A stretch of 64,000 bases of DNA from Alphaproteobacteria bacterium (GCA_965220745.1 CBDCQT010000012.1:128001-192000), one strand, 5' to 3'; positions 19,299-30,368 are shown, counted from the stretch's first letter. Made by a program: numbers and translations. The notes: generated by a model from the letters alone, not told the origin.

Positions 19299-19420
19299 GA
19301 CGCAGGATCATAGCGGTCCGGCGGTGATGTCGCGGTCAAAATACGACCGGAGTTGGGGCTTGCGCTCCACTATAGGCGCACTTGTGCCGGCCCATCGTTG
19401 TAGGGGGCTTGGCGCTTTGT

Positions 19421-19657
19421 CTAGCCCTCGCTCCCCTTGGCGCCGTTGAGTTGTCTGGCCGCGAGAGCCTGTCGCACGAGTTCCATCGCGTAAGGAATCT
19501 GGCGGGCGTTATCCACCTCCACCTGAACGTCGCCGTTGCCCCAGAGCCCGAGATTGGTCACGTCGGCGGCAAGCCCGCGCGGGCCGGAGATGTCGTCAAA
19601 GCGCATGTTGAGGGAGAGCAGAAGCCGGCGCTTCTGCGGCACCACGTCCGTGAAGTT
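19421..19657 (-). pseudogene. 3' remnant of a DUF5655-domain gene, truncated by IS3
   Basis: NFTDVVPQKRRLLLSLNMRFDDISGPRGLAADVTNLGLWGNGDVQV; begins at the IS3 left end. Confidence 0.65.
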
Positions 19658-20920
19658 TGATCCTCCCCCATCGGATTGGTCCACCCTTAGGTTATGGAAA
19701 GAGGAGGACCGACGATGGCAAGGAAGCGTTACAAGCCCGAGGAGATCGTGAGCCTGCTGCGGCGGGCTGAGGTTCTGAACGGCCAGGGCATGTCGATGGC
19801 GGACGCGATCCGCGAGCTTGGGATCAGCGAGGTTACCTTCTACCGCTGGCGCAAGGAGTATGCCGGGATGAGCGGCGATCAGCTCCGCCGTTTGAAGGAG
19901 CTCGAGAAGGAGAACGAGCGGCTGCGCCGTGCGGTCTCCGATCTGACGCTGGACAAGCAGATTCTCAAAGAGGCCGCAGGGGGAAACTTCTAAGCCCCTC
20001 GCGCCGGCGCCAGTGCATCGATCATGTCTGTGACCGGCTCGGGGTCTCGGAACGCCGCGCTTGCCGGGTGCTGGGGCAGCACCGCTCGACCCAGCGCCGC
20101 ATCCCGCGCGGCCGCGACGACGAGGACCGCCTGGTCGCGTACATGATCGAGCTGGCCCGCCAGTACGGCCGTTACGGCTATCGCCGCATCGCGGCCCTGC
20201 TTCGCGATGCCGGCTGGCAGGTCAACGACAAGCGGATCGAGCGCTTGTGGCGGCGCGAGGGGCTGAAGGTGCCCGGCAAGCAACCGAAGCGGGGCCGGCT
20301 TTGGCTCAATGACGGCTCCTGCATCCGGCTGCGCGCCGAGAGGGCGGATCACGTCTGGTCCTACGACTTCGTCCATCACCGGACGTATGACGGCAGGGCC
20401 TTCCGCATGCTCAACGTCCTGGACGAGTTCACCCGCGAGAGCCTGGTCATCCGGGTGCGCAGGAGGCTTTCCTCGATCGACGTCATCGATGTGCTGACCG
20501 ACCTGTTCATCCTGCGCGGCATTCCGACCTGGATCCGTTCCGACAACGGTCCGGAGTTCGTCGCCGAGGCCGTCAGGCGGTGGATCGCTGCGGTCAGCGC
20601 CCGCACCGCCTTCATCGAGCCGGGCTCACCCTGGGAGAACGGCTACATCGAGAGCTTCAATGCGCGGCTGCGCGACGAGCTCCTGAACGGGGAGATCTTC
20701 TACACCCTGAAGGAAGCCCAGGTTCTCATCGAATCGTGGCGGTGCCATTACAACGCGATCCGCCCACACGGCAGCCTGGGATACCGGCCGCCCGCCCCGG
20801 AGACGATCATCATGCCAAGCTGGCCGCCCGGCTCCGCTACGCTCCGCCGGCCACCCAGCTTGGCCGAGGAACCCGCGATGCACTAACATTCGACCTGGAC
20901 CAGTCGACGGGGGCAGGTCA
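19658..20920 (+). mobile_element. IS3-family insertion sequence (orfA 19715-19993, orfB to 20886)
   Basis: IRL TGATCCTCCCCCATCGGATTGGTCCA vs IRR (rc) TGACCTGCCCCCGTCGACTGGTCCA; slippery GGGGGAAAC at 19979-19987; DDE motifs WSYDF, SDNGPEF, ESFN. Confidence 0.92.
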
Positions 20921-21699
20921 CATGATCGAGCTGGCCCGCCAGTACGGCCGTTACGGCTATCGCCGCATCGCGGCCCTGCTTCGCGATGCCGGCTGGCAGG
21001 TCAACGACAAGCGGATCGAGCGCTTGTGGCGGCGCGAGGGGCTGAAGGTGCCCGGCAAGCAACCGAAGCGGGGCCGGCTTTGGCTCAATGACGGCTCCTG
21101 CATCCGGCTGCGCGCCGAGAGGGCGGATCACGTCTGGTCCTACGACTTCGTCCATCACCGGACGTATGACGGCAGGGCCTTCCGCATGCTCAACGTCCTG
21201 GACGAGTTCACCCGCGAGAGCCTGGTCATCCGGGTGCGCAGGAGGCTTTCCTCGATCGACGTCATCGATGTGCTGACCGACCTGTTCATCCTGCGCGGCA
21301 TTCCGACCTGGATCCGTTCCGACAACGGTCCGGAGTTCGTCGCCGAGGCCGTCAGGCGGTGGATCGCTGCGGTCAGCGCCCGCACCGCCTTCATCGAGCC
21401 GGGCTCACCCTGGGAGAACGGCTACATCGAGAGCTTCAATGCGCGGCTGCGCGACGAGCTCCTGAACGGGGAGATCTTCTACACCCTGAAGGAAGCCCAG
21501 GTTCTCATCGAATCGTGGCGGTGCCATTACAACGCGATCCGCCCACACGGCAGCCTGGGATACCGGCCGCCGGCCCCGGAGACGATCATCATGCCAAGCT
21601 GGCCGCCCGGCTCCGCTACGCTCCGCCAGTCACCCAGCTTGGCCGGCAAACCCGCAATGCACTAACATTCGACTTGGACCAGTCGACGGGGGCAGGTCA
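20921..21699 (+). mobile_element. Second, 5'-truncated copy of the same IS3 element (779 bp)
   Basis: Near-identical to 20142-20920 with several substitutions near the 3' end; has its own IRR. Confidence 0.9.
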
Positions 21700-22761
21700 G
21701 CGCTCGGCGAAGACCGATTGTCGCTCCTCCAGATGCCGCATGGCGCGTCTGACAATCTCCAGCGCGGAGGGAACCGTGGGAAGGACCATCGGTTGCCTGG
21801 AGCGCGTCACGGAAGGAACGGTGGCCAGACCCATCTCCCGCACGCGCTCGGTCCAACTCGTCTCCAGCATCGCCCGCACCGGCTCCGCCTTGCGCTTGCG
21901 CATCGCGTACGACGCGATCTGCGTCGAGCGCTGGCTGTAGGCCAGCTCCTGCTTCTCAAGGTAGTCCAGGATATCGCTCCTGCGCGTCGAGAATGCGTCG
22001 CGGAGCTCCTTGTCGTAGCCCGCGATCTCGAAGCTTTGTATCCGACCCGCCATCGCGGGCAGAATCGAATAGCCCTTCTCTATCAGCCTCCGTGAAAGCT
22101 CGTTCCGGTAATACGCCCCGATCAGCCTCGCGTTGCGGTGCAGCGAGATCGGCTCGACGCTCTTCCACCGGCCCTGCGCATCCCGGGTCATGTTGGCGAT
22201 CACCGCATGGGTGTACAGCTGCGGGTCCAGGTTGCGGCTCGCGATATGGCGGAAGGTCGCCGCCACCATCGAAGGCGACTTGATCCGGGGCCGCCTGCGG
22301 GTGGCAGGGTCCCACCCCCGGGTCTCCAGCATCGTGTCCTCGATCCAGTCGAGGGTCGTGCGCACCGCCTCGTCATGCGCGCGCATCACACCCCGGTGGC
22401 CGCACGGGTGCTTCTCCGTCGGCAACAACGCCGCGAGCGACACCGACTTCGGGGCCGAAAAGGTGATGTCGAAACCCGGCCGATGCTCGTGCTGTCCGTC
22501 ACGGAGGCGCCCGAGCCGCACGTCCGTTCCGATCACATGGCCCTTGAGCAGCTTGTCGAACTTCCCCGCCCAGACATGCATACCGAGTTCCAGCCCAAGG
22601 GCACGCGCGCCGCGCCCGTGCCAGGCGCTGCCGTTCCGGTGCTCGGCCTGCTTCGCCTGCTGTAGCGCCCCGTCATCGTTCTTCAGATAATGGCCGCCAT
22701 CCTGCTGAAAATACTTCGAAGTGGCGGAGGAGGAGGTCAGATTGCGGACTGTCGAGACCAT
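21697..22761 (-). pseudogene. Second MobF relaxase, truncated by IS3 and with degenerate motifs
   Basis: Highly similar to the N-terminal ~350 aa of the long relaxase, but GGHY replaces GGYY and QLYTH replaces QLHTH; stop codon supplied by the IS end. Confidence 0.85.
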
Positions 22762-23062
22762 GACGCGGGATCATAGTGATCTCCTGGCGAAATTGCGGCG
22801 CAAATGACACCCTGGTCCCGCGAGCACCATAGACGCGCGCGGCGAGTTCTGGTGCATCGCGGCGCGCCGCCCCGGCCGATCGTCTCGAGCTGACGCCTCG
22901 CCGCCTCAAGGTTGTGTGGCTGAGCCCGGTGGAGGCTGACGAGAAACGTCTCCTCGCGGGTCATGCGTCACCTTCGCCACCGCGCACCACAGGCTGGCTC
23001 GGACATTTGACGACAACTCCGCCTGCCGTATCGTGATCCGGCAAGTGGAGGAGTTATCGGCG

Positions 23063-23374
23063 ATGGCGACCTTGACGCGGGCGGATCTGGCGAAGGCCGT
23101 CAGCGAGGAGACGGGATGGACGCAGCGCGACGCGAGGACGTTCGTGGACGCGGCATTCGAGGAGATCATGGCGCGCCTTGAGGCCGGAGAGACGGTGAAG
23201 CTCAGCGGCTTCGGCAGCTTTGGGTTGCGCGACAAGGCGGCGCGGACGGGGCGCAATCCGAAGACGCGGGCGGCTGCGCCGATAGTGCCGCGCCGGGTGG
23301 TGGTCTTCCGGGCTTCCCATGTATTGAAGAAGCGGATCGGCAAAGGGATGTCCGGTGGCGAGAACGGCGGTTAG
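23063..23374 (+). CDS. ihfA: Integration host factor alpha-like protein
   Basis: TLTRADLAKAV, VKLSGFGSF, RTGRNPKT, PRRVVVFRAS; GGAGG RBS. Confidence 0.85.
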   Translation: MATLTRADLAKAVSEETGWTQRDARTFVDAAFEEIMARLEAGETVKLSGFGSFGLRDKAARTGRNPKTRAAAPIVPRRVVVFRASHVLKKRIGKGMSGGENGG

Positions 23375-23439
23375 GAATTTGAAAGCTTCGCTGCTACAAG
23401 TGCGCGGCACCTTCACTACGGACAGGCAAATATAGCATC

Positions 23440-23728
23440 ATGGACCAGACAACTTCGAGCGGTTTCGACGAGAGTACTCTCTCCAAGGGAGAGATTCGCA
23501 AGCTGAACGCGTTGCGAAAGTCAGTGGGCACGGAGATCGGCGACAAGGCGTTCGCCGAATGGTTGTCGTCACGTTCGAACGGGTCGAACGAGGAGGCCTC
23601 CAACGCAGATAAAGATCGTCGATATCCTGTGGCCGCTCGTCCAGGCAGGAACACTGAAGATCCCGCGAGGCGGCTACCTGCTGAGACGCGGACGCGGCAG
23701 GATTATCGCGGAGCGTGCGCAGACATAG
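23440..23728 (+). pseudogene. Small protein apparently split by a 1-nt frameshift near 23612
   Basis: LSKGEIRKLNALRKSVGTEIGDKAFAEWL continues more plausibly in another frame as KIVDILWPLVQAGTLKIPRGGYLLRRGRGRIIAERAQT*. Confidence 0.5.
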
Positions 23729-24167
23729 ATGGTTTGGCCCCGGCCCTGGCAGAGGGGCGGCAGACGCGGAGACATGCGAGTCAGCCTTGACGACGGCGCC
23801 TGAGCGGTCGGCCGACGCGCGGAATGGCAGAGGAGCCGGTTCCGCCGGGTCGCCGCCGGCAAGCGCGCTAACGGTTGCGGCGGCACCGGCGCGGGCTTCC
23901 TCGGATGACTGCCGGTTGTCGCCGTCTGTTGACCCGCCGGCGCGCCAGTCGCTAATTCCTCATGCCATGAGCCACACCGGGGAACAGATCGAGCTTCTGT
24001 CGGACCTGCTGGACCGGGCAATGCCGGAGCGGGACGCGATGTCGATCGTCGAGCTGGACGCCATGAACGACATCAAGGCGGTCCCTGCGAGCTAGGAATT
24101 AATTTAATAGCGGTTACAAATATTTTCCGGCGATTCTTCGCGGGATAGATGTTGTCTGAGAGGTGCC

Positions 24168-24611
24168 ATGCCGTACACAATCTTTCGCAACCGTGTGTCT
24201 GCCGCTCCTGCCACGATTTGGACTGTTCTTCTCGACGATCTTTCCGAACGAATTGGAGGGAACTTCGCTATTGAGTCGAGCGATTTGGAACAACACGGTG
24301 AGCACGTTTGGGAGAGGCCAAGCGCCGCAACTGACGATGTTGCCATTGAAAACATCGCAGCCAACGTAAAGGAAATGCGTATCACCTGCTCACTGATCGA
24401 GAGGCCGTACTACGAAGGTACAAACGTCACACAAATCGTCGCACCGCACTGGCGCGATCCCGACCGGCAGCTCACGCTGTCGATGAGCATGACCTGGCAG
24501 CCTTTGGATTCAACACTCAAGCAATCAGATATGCGAGCTCGTCTTCGCGACGAGGTCAATCGCCTCAAGGGGCTTGCGGAGAAATTGGAGCGGCGACAGT
24601 CGGTCGAATAG
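24168..24611 (+). CDS. Hypothetical protein, possibly SRPBCC/AtaL-like
   Basis: GAGG RBS; VSAAPATIWTVL start and C-terminal helix LNRLKGLAE-like pattern. Confidence 0.5.
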   Translation: MPYTIFRNRVSAAPATIWTVLLDDLSERIGGNFAIESSDLEQHGEHVWERPSAATDDVAIENIAANVKEMRITCSLIERPYYEGTNVTQIVAPHWRDPDRQLTLSMSMTWQPLDSTLKQSDMRARLRDEVNRLKGLAEKLERRQSVE

Positions 24612-24852
24612 GCGTTCTTTATCGAGACGGTAGGGACCAGGGAAAGACCTCGCACTTAAAGAGGCTGTGCTTTGCGGCCGCGCGTAGGTTTGCTTGCCGG
24701 TCCAAGGCAGTAGGAGTACCGTCGATCATGGCGGTTTCGTTACACAGAAACGGGGGCGTTCCGACAGGGAATCCGCATCCAGTCGCGGAGCTTTACGTCG
24801 CACCATCGCCAGGAATGCAATGAATCACGCGGACTGACGCCGAGGAGGGAGC

Positions 24853-26016
24853 ATGTACGTCGCCACCAAAGACCGACCTCTTGCAACCACAATCACGGGC
24901 TCGCTGCCTCGACCACAGTGGTTCACCACGGGCTTAGACCGAAAGGCATTCTCGGTCAGCATGGGTGGGCGCCTCTTTCGCGAACAGTACACCGATGCGG
25001 TCCAATGTTTGCTCGGGGACCAGAAACGAGCGGGTCTTGATATCCTGGTCGATGGCGATATGCGTTTCGACCTGGATATCGGCGGCCGGTCCTGGTTCGG
25101 CTACATTTTCGATCGCTTGGATGGGCTGGGCTCTGTGGATGTGCGTCCGCAACCGCAATACCCCTCGCCTCGAGAGCAGACGCCGGGCGATATCCTTCAT
25201 GAAATCAGCGAGACACGCATGCCACCGGTGGTCGAGGGGCCCGTTGGCAGGGGCCGACTCGAATACACCGACGTTTGGAAAGCGGCTCAGCGTCTCGTTT
25301 CTGAGCCGGTCAAGCTTGGTTGTTGCTCGGTTCAGTGGATCGAAATGTATGCCAACAATCAACACTATAAGACTCGAGAAGACACTCTTTTTGCCATGTC
25401 GGAGGCGCTGAACGAGGAGCATCATGAGCTAGCGGATGCAGGTTGCCCCATCATTCAGATCGAGGAGCCTGCAATCCACTTCAACGACAACGGGAATCTC
25501 GGTATTTCACAAGATAAATACGTCGAAGCCTTCAACACAGAGGTGCGCGGACTGCGCGATAAGACCGAAGTCTGGTGTCACACCTGTTGGGGCAACCCCT
25601 TCGCGCAAAAAATCGAAGTGGGCCCCAACTATAAGGCTAGCCTTGAATACCTGAATCAACTCGACGTCGACGTCATCACGTTTGAAACAGCAGCCGATGG
25701 TGGCGCTGAAATTGCCGATATCGCCGCCGGCATTAGTAGCGACAAGAAGATATGCATCGGCGGTATTTACCACCGCACCTTAGAGGTCGAGCGGCCCAAG
25801 GAGGTGGCCGGATTAATCCGCAAGGCACTGGACCATATCGAGCCCGAACGCCTCCTGATCAGCTCCGATTGCGGCTTCGGCAGGCAAGGGATGAGCCGCA
25901 CGCACGCCTTCTACAAGATGGTCTCGCTAGTTGCCGGGACCAACATGGTGCGCAAGGAGCTGGGCCTCGAGGAGGCGCCAATTTTGGCAGCCGATAAGCG
26001 CTATTCGTTCATGTAG
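24853..26016 (+). CDS. Cobalamin-independent methionine synthase II (single-domain MetE-like) protein
   Basis: TITGSLPRP, IQIEEP, HTCWGN and SSDCGFG zinc-ligand motifs. Confidence 0.88.
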   Translation: MYVATKDRPLATTITGSLPRPQWFTTGLDRKAFSVSMGGRLFREQYTDAVQCLLGDQKRAGLDILVDGDMRFDLDIGGRSWFGYIFDRLDGLGSVDVRPQPQYPSPREQTPGDILHEISETRMPPVVEGPVGRGRLEYTDVWKAAQRLVSEPVKLGCCSVQWIEMYANNQHYKTREDTLFAMSEALNEEHHELADAGCPIIQIEEPAIHFNDNGNLGISQDKYVEAFNTEVRGLRDKTEVWCHTCWGNPFAQKIEVGPNYKASLEYLNQLDVDVITFETAADGGAEIADIAAGISSDKKICIGGIYHRTLEVERPKEVAGLIRKALDHIEPERLLISSDCGFGRQGMSRTHAFYKMVSLVAGTNMVRKELGLEEAPILAADKRYSFM

Positions 26017-26105
26017 ATTGGTGGCGGCAGTCACCAACGTATCGACCCGCGATGTCGGCAGGCCGACCAGCCAGTCTCGTTATCCGCAAGCCCACTCCTT
26101 AGGAA

Positions 26106-27545
26106 TTAGATGTCGGGCGTTGTGCCGCGCCAAGGATTAGCGCTTTCGTAGGCTGCGGAAGCCCGAAAGACGCTGACGTCGTCATAAGTACGCCCGACAA
26201 TCTGCATGCCCGTGGGCACTCCAGTTGTAGCGAAACCGGTGGGCACCGTGGCGACCGGACACTGGCTGACGAGATTGAAGGGATAGGTCAGGCACCACTG
26301 CAACATCGCGTCGACCGGCTTGCCGTTGATGGTGTAATCGGGGTCGTCGCACCTGTGCCAAGCGTCGACGGAGGGCGCAGCAAGCGTCGGGCAGATCAAG
26401 TAGTCGTAGCTCTTCAGCACTTTACCGAGACGATCGTACATCTGTGTCCGTACGAACTCAGTCTGTTTGACACGAACGTGGCTATGGTTCATCCCGGTGT
26501 GCAGCAGTTCGCGAACGTAAGGATCCATCTGATACTGCCAGCGCGGCAGATACTGCCCCGCTACCGACGCAAACAACCCTTGCCAATGGGTCATCCAGGC
26601 GTCGTACACATCCATTGTCCACCCGAGATCGATCTCGTCGATCTGGGCTCCAAGCGACCTGAAGACCTCGGCCGCCGCCCGGGCGTTCCTCTCGACGTCC
26701 GTGTCGATCTCGTAATAGCCAAGGTCGATCGAGAAGGCGAACTTCTTGCCCTCAACACCGCCGAGCTTGTCGAGTTCGGGAATGCGCAGCTTCGGCCTGA
26801 GCGTGGTGATGTCCCCTTCCCAAGGGCCGCACATGACGTTTTGCATGAGGCGGGCGTCTTCGACGCTCCGCGTCATCGGGCCGAAGTGCAGGATGAGTTC
26901 GAGGTTGGTTTCCAGAATCCCGACCGGATTGCGCCCGAAGCTCGGCTTCACGCCGAATATGCCGCAGGCCGAAGACGGAATGCGCACCGAGCCGCCGCCG
27001 TCGGTGCCATCGGCGAGCGTCGTCATGCCCGACGCGACAGAAGCGCCCGCCCCTCCCGACGAGCCGCCGGAGCTGTACGCCGTGTTCCAGGGATTGCGGG
27101 TCGCACCCCATAGCGGACTGTGGCAATGCCCGGTATGGGCGAACTCCGGCGTGGTTGTGCGGGCATGCATGATGACGCCGGCGTTGAACAGGCGCTGGAC
27201 GGTGGGGGCCGTAAACTCCGAACGCACGCCCTCATAGACGCGCGACCCCCACGTGGTGATCTCACCCTTGACCGGGTGCAGGTCCTTGATGGCGCAGGGA
27301 ATGCCTTCGAGCGCGCGCACGCGCCCGTCAGTCTTGCCATACTTCTCTTCGGCCTTCCGAGCCTGTTCGAGCGCGCGCTCGTAGAAGGTATAAGTGTATG
27401 CGTTCACCTTGGGGTTTACCGCCTCGGAGCGGGCGATAACCGCCTCGGTGAGTTCGACCGGTGAGAGCTTGCGCGCCTTGAAGAGAGCGAGCGCCTCGCT
27501 CGCGGTCGTGTAGCAGAGATCCGTGCCTGAATCCGTCATTGCCAT
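26106..27545 (-). CDS. Amidase-signature family amidase
   Basis: AIKD, SGGSSGG, GTDGGGSVRIPSS. Confidence 0.92.
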   Translation of the reverse strand: MAMTDSGTDLCYTTASEALALFKARKLSPVELTEAVIARSEAVNPKVNAYTYTFYERALEQARKAEEKYGKTDGRVRALEGIPCAIKDLHPVKGEITTWGSRVYEGVRSEFTAPTVQRLFNAGVIMHARTTTPEFAHTGHCHSPLWGATRNPWNTAYSSGGSSGGAGASVASGMTTLADGTDGGGSVRIPSSACGIFGVKPSFGRNPVGILETNLELILHFGPMTRSVEDARLMQNVMCGPWEGDITTLRPKLRIPELDKLGGVEGKKFAFSIDLGYYEIDTDVERNARAAAEVFRSLGAQIDEIDLGWTMDVYDAWMTHWQGLFASVAGQYLPRWQYQMDPYVRELLHTGMNHSHVRVKQTEFVRTQMYDRLGKVLKSYDYLICPTLAAPSVDAWHRCDDPDYTINGKPVDAMLQWCLTYPFNLVSQCPVATVPTGFATTGVPTGMQIVGRTYDDVSVFRASAAYESANPWRGTTPDI

Positions 27546-27684
27546 TCTCCCGGCTGCAGCTGGTCAACGCCCAAGCGATGCAAGGCCGCCACGCGTGCGC
27601 AGCGGATCGTGCAGCACGCAGGCGGACTAAACAATTCCGTACAGGCGCTCGTTCGCGCGCTCTTTTCGTCGACGACGATGGGCG

Positions 27685-28773
27685 TCACTCGACGATGCCC
27701 GATCTCCGCGCGTCGCTAAGCCAGGGCACGCGGGGGACGATGTATCGCCGCCATGCGTTCTCGATGAGGCCGACGACTCCTTCACGCAGGAGCACGATGA
27801 ACGCGACCGTTATGGCGCCGAAGGCGATCATGCGCCACTCGCCGAGGTCCTTCATCAGCTCGTTGGCCACCATGATGATGATGCAACCGATGATCGGGCC
27901 CCAGCGGCTGCCGAGACCGCCGACCACCAGCATCGAGAGAAGGAACAGGAGAAGGTCGAGATCGAGCAGCGACGGCCCGATCGTCCGGAAATGGGCCGCG
28001 TAAACCGAGCCCATCAACCCGGTGAAGAAGCCCGACAGCCCGAACACCAAAATCTGATACTTGACGCGGGCGATACCGCGCGACGCAGCCAGCGGCTGGT
28101 TGTCGCGTAGCGCGCGGAACGCCGAGCCGAACGGGCTCTTGATGATGACGAAGGCGAAGATCGTATTGATGACCAGCAGCAGGAGGCCGAGATAGTAGGT
28201 GCCGAGCGGCACCTGCTTGTAGGCGACCCACTCGCGGAAGCCGAGGTCGCCGAACTTCATCAGACCGCGCGGACCGCCCGTCAACGGGTAGCAGATCTTG
28301 CCTTCGTAGAAGAAGCAGTTCACATCGCTCTGCACGAGGGCCTGTATGACAACGGCTATGGCGAGCGTCAGCAGCAGGACATAGGGTCCGTGCAGGCGCA
28401 GTGTCGCCGCGCCGATCACGACACTGACGAAGATTGCAAAAACCGCGCCGACCCAGGCGCCGTACCAGAGCGAAATGTCGAGATAGAAGCCGAGCATCGC
28501 GGCGGCGTAGCCGCCGAGGAAGAACACGGCCATCTGTGCCAAGGAGTAGATGCCGGCCACGCCGAACACCAGGTTCCACTGGGTGATCACGCAGCACCAG
28601 ATGAAGAACAGAGTGATCTGGCCCAGGATGTACTTGCCCGGGCTGAGGACGGGGATGATGATCCCGACGGCCAGCAGGACGAGGCCGATGGCGAGATCGA
28701 GCCTCAAGTCCTGGCGGCGAGCGGCGGCGTAGGCGCCGCGACTTCCGTGCGCGGGCGTGGAAGGTGCCGTCAT
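27685..28773 (-). CDS. Branched-chain amino acid-type ABC permease (LivM-like)
   Basis: LRLHGPY, SPFGSAFRALRDN, VVGGLGSRWGPIIG. Confidence 0.88.
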   Translation of the reverse strand: MTAPSTPAHGSRGAYAAARRQDLRLDLAIGLVLLAVGIIIPVLSPGKYILGQITLFFIWCCVITQWNLVFGVAGIYSLAQMAVFFLGGYAAAMLGFYLDISLWYGAWVGAVFAIFVSVVIGAATLRLHGPYVLLLTLAIAVVIQALVQSDVNCFFYEGKICYPLTGGPRGLMKFGDLGFREWVAYKQVPLGTYYLGLLLLVINTIFAFVIIKSPFGSAFRALRDNQPLAASRGIARVKYQILVFGLSGFFTGLMGSVYAAHFRTIGPSLLDLDLLLFLLSMLVVGGLGSRWGPIIGCIIIMVANELMKDLGEWRMIAFGAITVAFIVLLREGVVGLIENAWRRYIVPRVPWLSDARRSGIVE

Positions 28774-29648
28774 ACGCGGGTGACCCTGCGCCGGCCAAAT
28801 ACGCCGTAGGGCTTCCACAGCAACACGATGATGACGAGCACCAGCATGGCGGGGAAGCCGTAGCGCGCACCGGCGCCGTAGCTGACGGCCGATTCGAACC
28901 ATCCGAGCACGAACGAGGCCACGAAGGCAGCCGGCAGATTACCGAGCCCGGCGATGACGCAAATGATGAAGGCCTTGAGCAGGGGCTCGTGGCCGACATA
29001 GGGCGACATCGGAATGACGGCCGTCAGCAGGACACCTGACGCCGCGGCAATCACACCGGCGATCACCATGACCAGCAGGAAGATTCGCTCCACCGGAACG
29101 CCCATGAGCTGGGCGGCGTCGCGGTCCTGGGCGACTGCGAGAATGGCCGTTCCCGCGCGGGTCTTGTTGAGGTACCAGCTCAGGATCAACATGATGACCA
29201 GCGCGATACCCAGATTGATCAGGCTCTGGTAACGCATGGTCACCGAGCCCATGAGAATCCCGTCATCGACCAGGAAGGGCTGCTTCTTGGCGTAGGCGGT
29301 GAAAATCTTGACCAGCAAGTTCTCGATGACGATGGCGACGCCGACGGTCGCGATGACGATGCTGGTGTCGAACGTCGGCACCCGGTACATCCACTTGACC
29401 GTGATGTAGTAGAGCACCGCGCCGGCTACAAAGCCCACCACGAGGGACGCCAGGAACCCCAGCCACCAGGGAACCGGCAGATACTCGACCAAAGCAAACG
29501 AGGCGTAGCCGCCGATTGCGAGCATCGCGCCCAACGCCATGTTGAGCATGCCGATTGAGCCCCATACCAGCGAAAGGGCGATCGACGCCGCGGCGTACAT
29601 TGCGCCGAGGCTGAGGCCGCTTTCGAAGATGACCAGGAAGGCTGTCAC
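28770..29648 (-). CDS. Branched-chain amino acid-type ABC permease (LivH-like)
   Basis: AVAQDRDAAQLMGV, KAFIICVIAGLGN. Confidence 0.88.
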   Translation of the reverse strand: MTAFLVIFESGLSLGAMYAAASIALSLVWGSIGMLNMALGAMLAIGGYASFALVEYLPVPWWLGFLASLVVGFVAGAVLYYITVKWMYRVPTFDTSIVIATVGVAIVIENLLVKIFTAYAKKQPFLVDDGILMGSVTMRYQSLINLGIALVIMLILSWYLNKTRAGTAILAVAQDRDAAQLMGVPVERIFLLVMVIAGVIAAASGVLLTAVIPMSPYVGHEPLLKAFIICVIAGLGNLPAAFVASFVLGWFESAVSYGAGARYGFPAMLVLVIIVLLWKPYGVFGRRRVTRV

Positions 29649-29654
29649 CGGTGC

Positions 29655-30368
29655 TTACCCTCCCAGGTACGTTTCGAGAATTTTCTCGTGTCTCATCAAC
29701 TCGTCCGGCTCTCCTTCCCACACGAACTCGCCGTGATCGACCAAGTAGACGTAATCGGCGAAATCCACGATGCGGCTGATGTTCTCCTCGACGATAAGGA
29801 TGGTGCGGCCCTCGGCCTTGAGGTCGCGAATCACGTCATAGATCTGGTCGACAACGATGGGGGCGAGCCCGAGCGAGGGCTCGTCGATGAGCATGATCCT
29901 GCCTGCCGACATCAGGCCCCGACCGAGCGCGAGCATACGCCGCTCTCCGCCCGACAGCGTACTGGCGGTCTGGCTCTGACGCTCCTCCAGACGCGGGAAA
30001 ATCTCGAAGACGCCCTTCAGTCGCTGACCGATTTCACTCTTGGGCGCGAGGTAGGCACCCATGGTGAGGTTCTTCAGGACAGTCAGGTCCGTGAAAATGA
30101 GATCGCCTTGCGGGATGTGAACCACCCCTCGTTGCACAACCTTGTCCGCCCGCAGACCCTTGATCGACGTACCGTCCAGTCGGATGTCACCACCCATGAT
30201 GGGGATCAACGACGAGATCGCCCGTAACAGGGTCGTCTTGCCGTGACCGTTCGGGCCGATGATGCCGACGGCGCCGCCGTCGTCGACGTGCAAGGAGAGA
30301 TCCCGGAGCACTGGCTGGCCGTGATAGCCGGCCGTGAGGCCATCGAGTTCAAGACGAGTCGTGGCCAT
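29655..30368 (-). CDS. ABC ATP-binding protein (LivF-like)
   Basis: GPNGHGKTT, LSGGERRML, IDEPSLGLAP. Confidence 0.92.
   Translation of the reverse strand: MATTRLELDGLTAGYHGQPVLRDLSLHVDDGGAVGIIGPNGHGKTTLLRAISSLIPIMGGDIRLDGTSIKGLRADKVVQRGVVHIPQGDLIFTDLTVLKNLTMGAYLAPKSEIGQRLKGVFEIFPRLEERQSQTASTLSGGERRMLALGRGLMSAGRIMLIDEPSLGLAPIVVDQIYDVIRDLKAEGRTILIVEENISRIVDFADYVYLVDHGEFVWEGEPDELMRHEKILETYLGG

Noticed and set aside
19340-19400. Possible oriT nic site upstream of the relaxase (GCGCCTATAG)
   Set aside because: Only weak resemblance to the R388 nic and poorly conserved upstream of the second relaxase
20142-21699. IS3 duplication as a pure assembly artefact
   Set aside because: The copies differ at several positions and the junction falls exactly at an IS end; not fully excluded without reads
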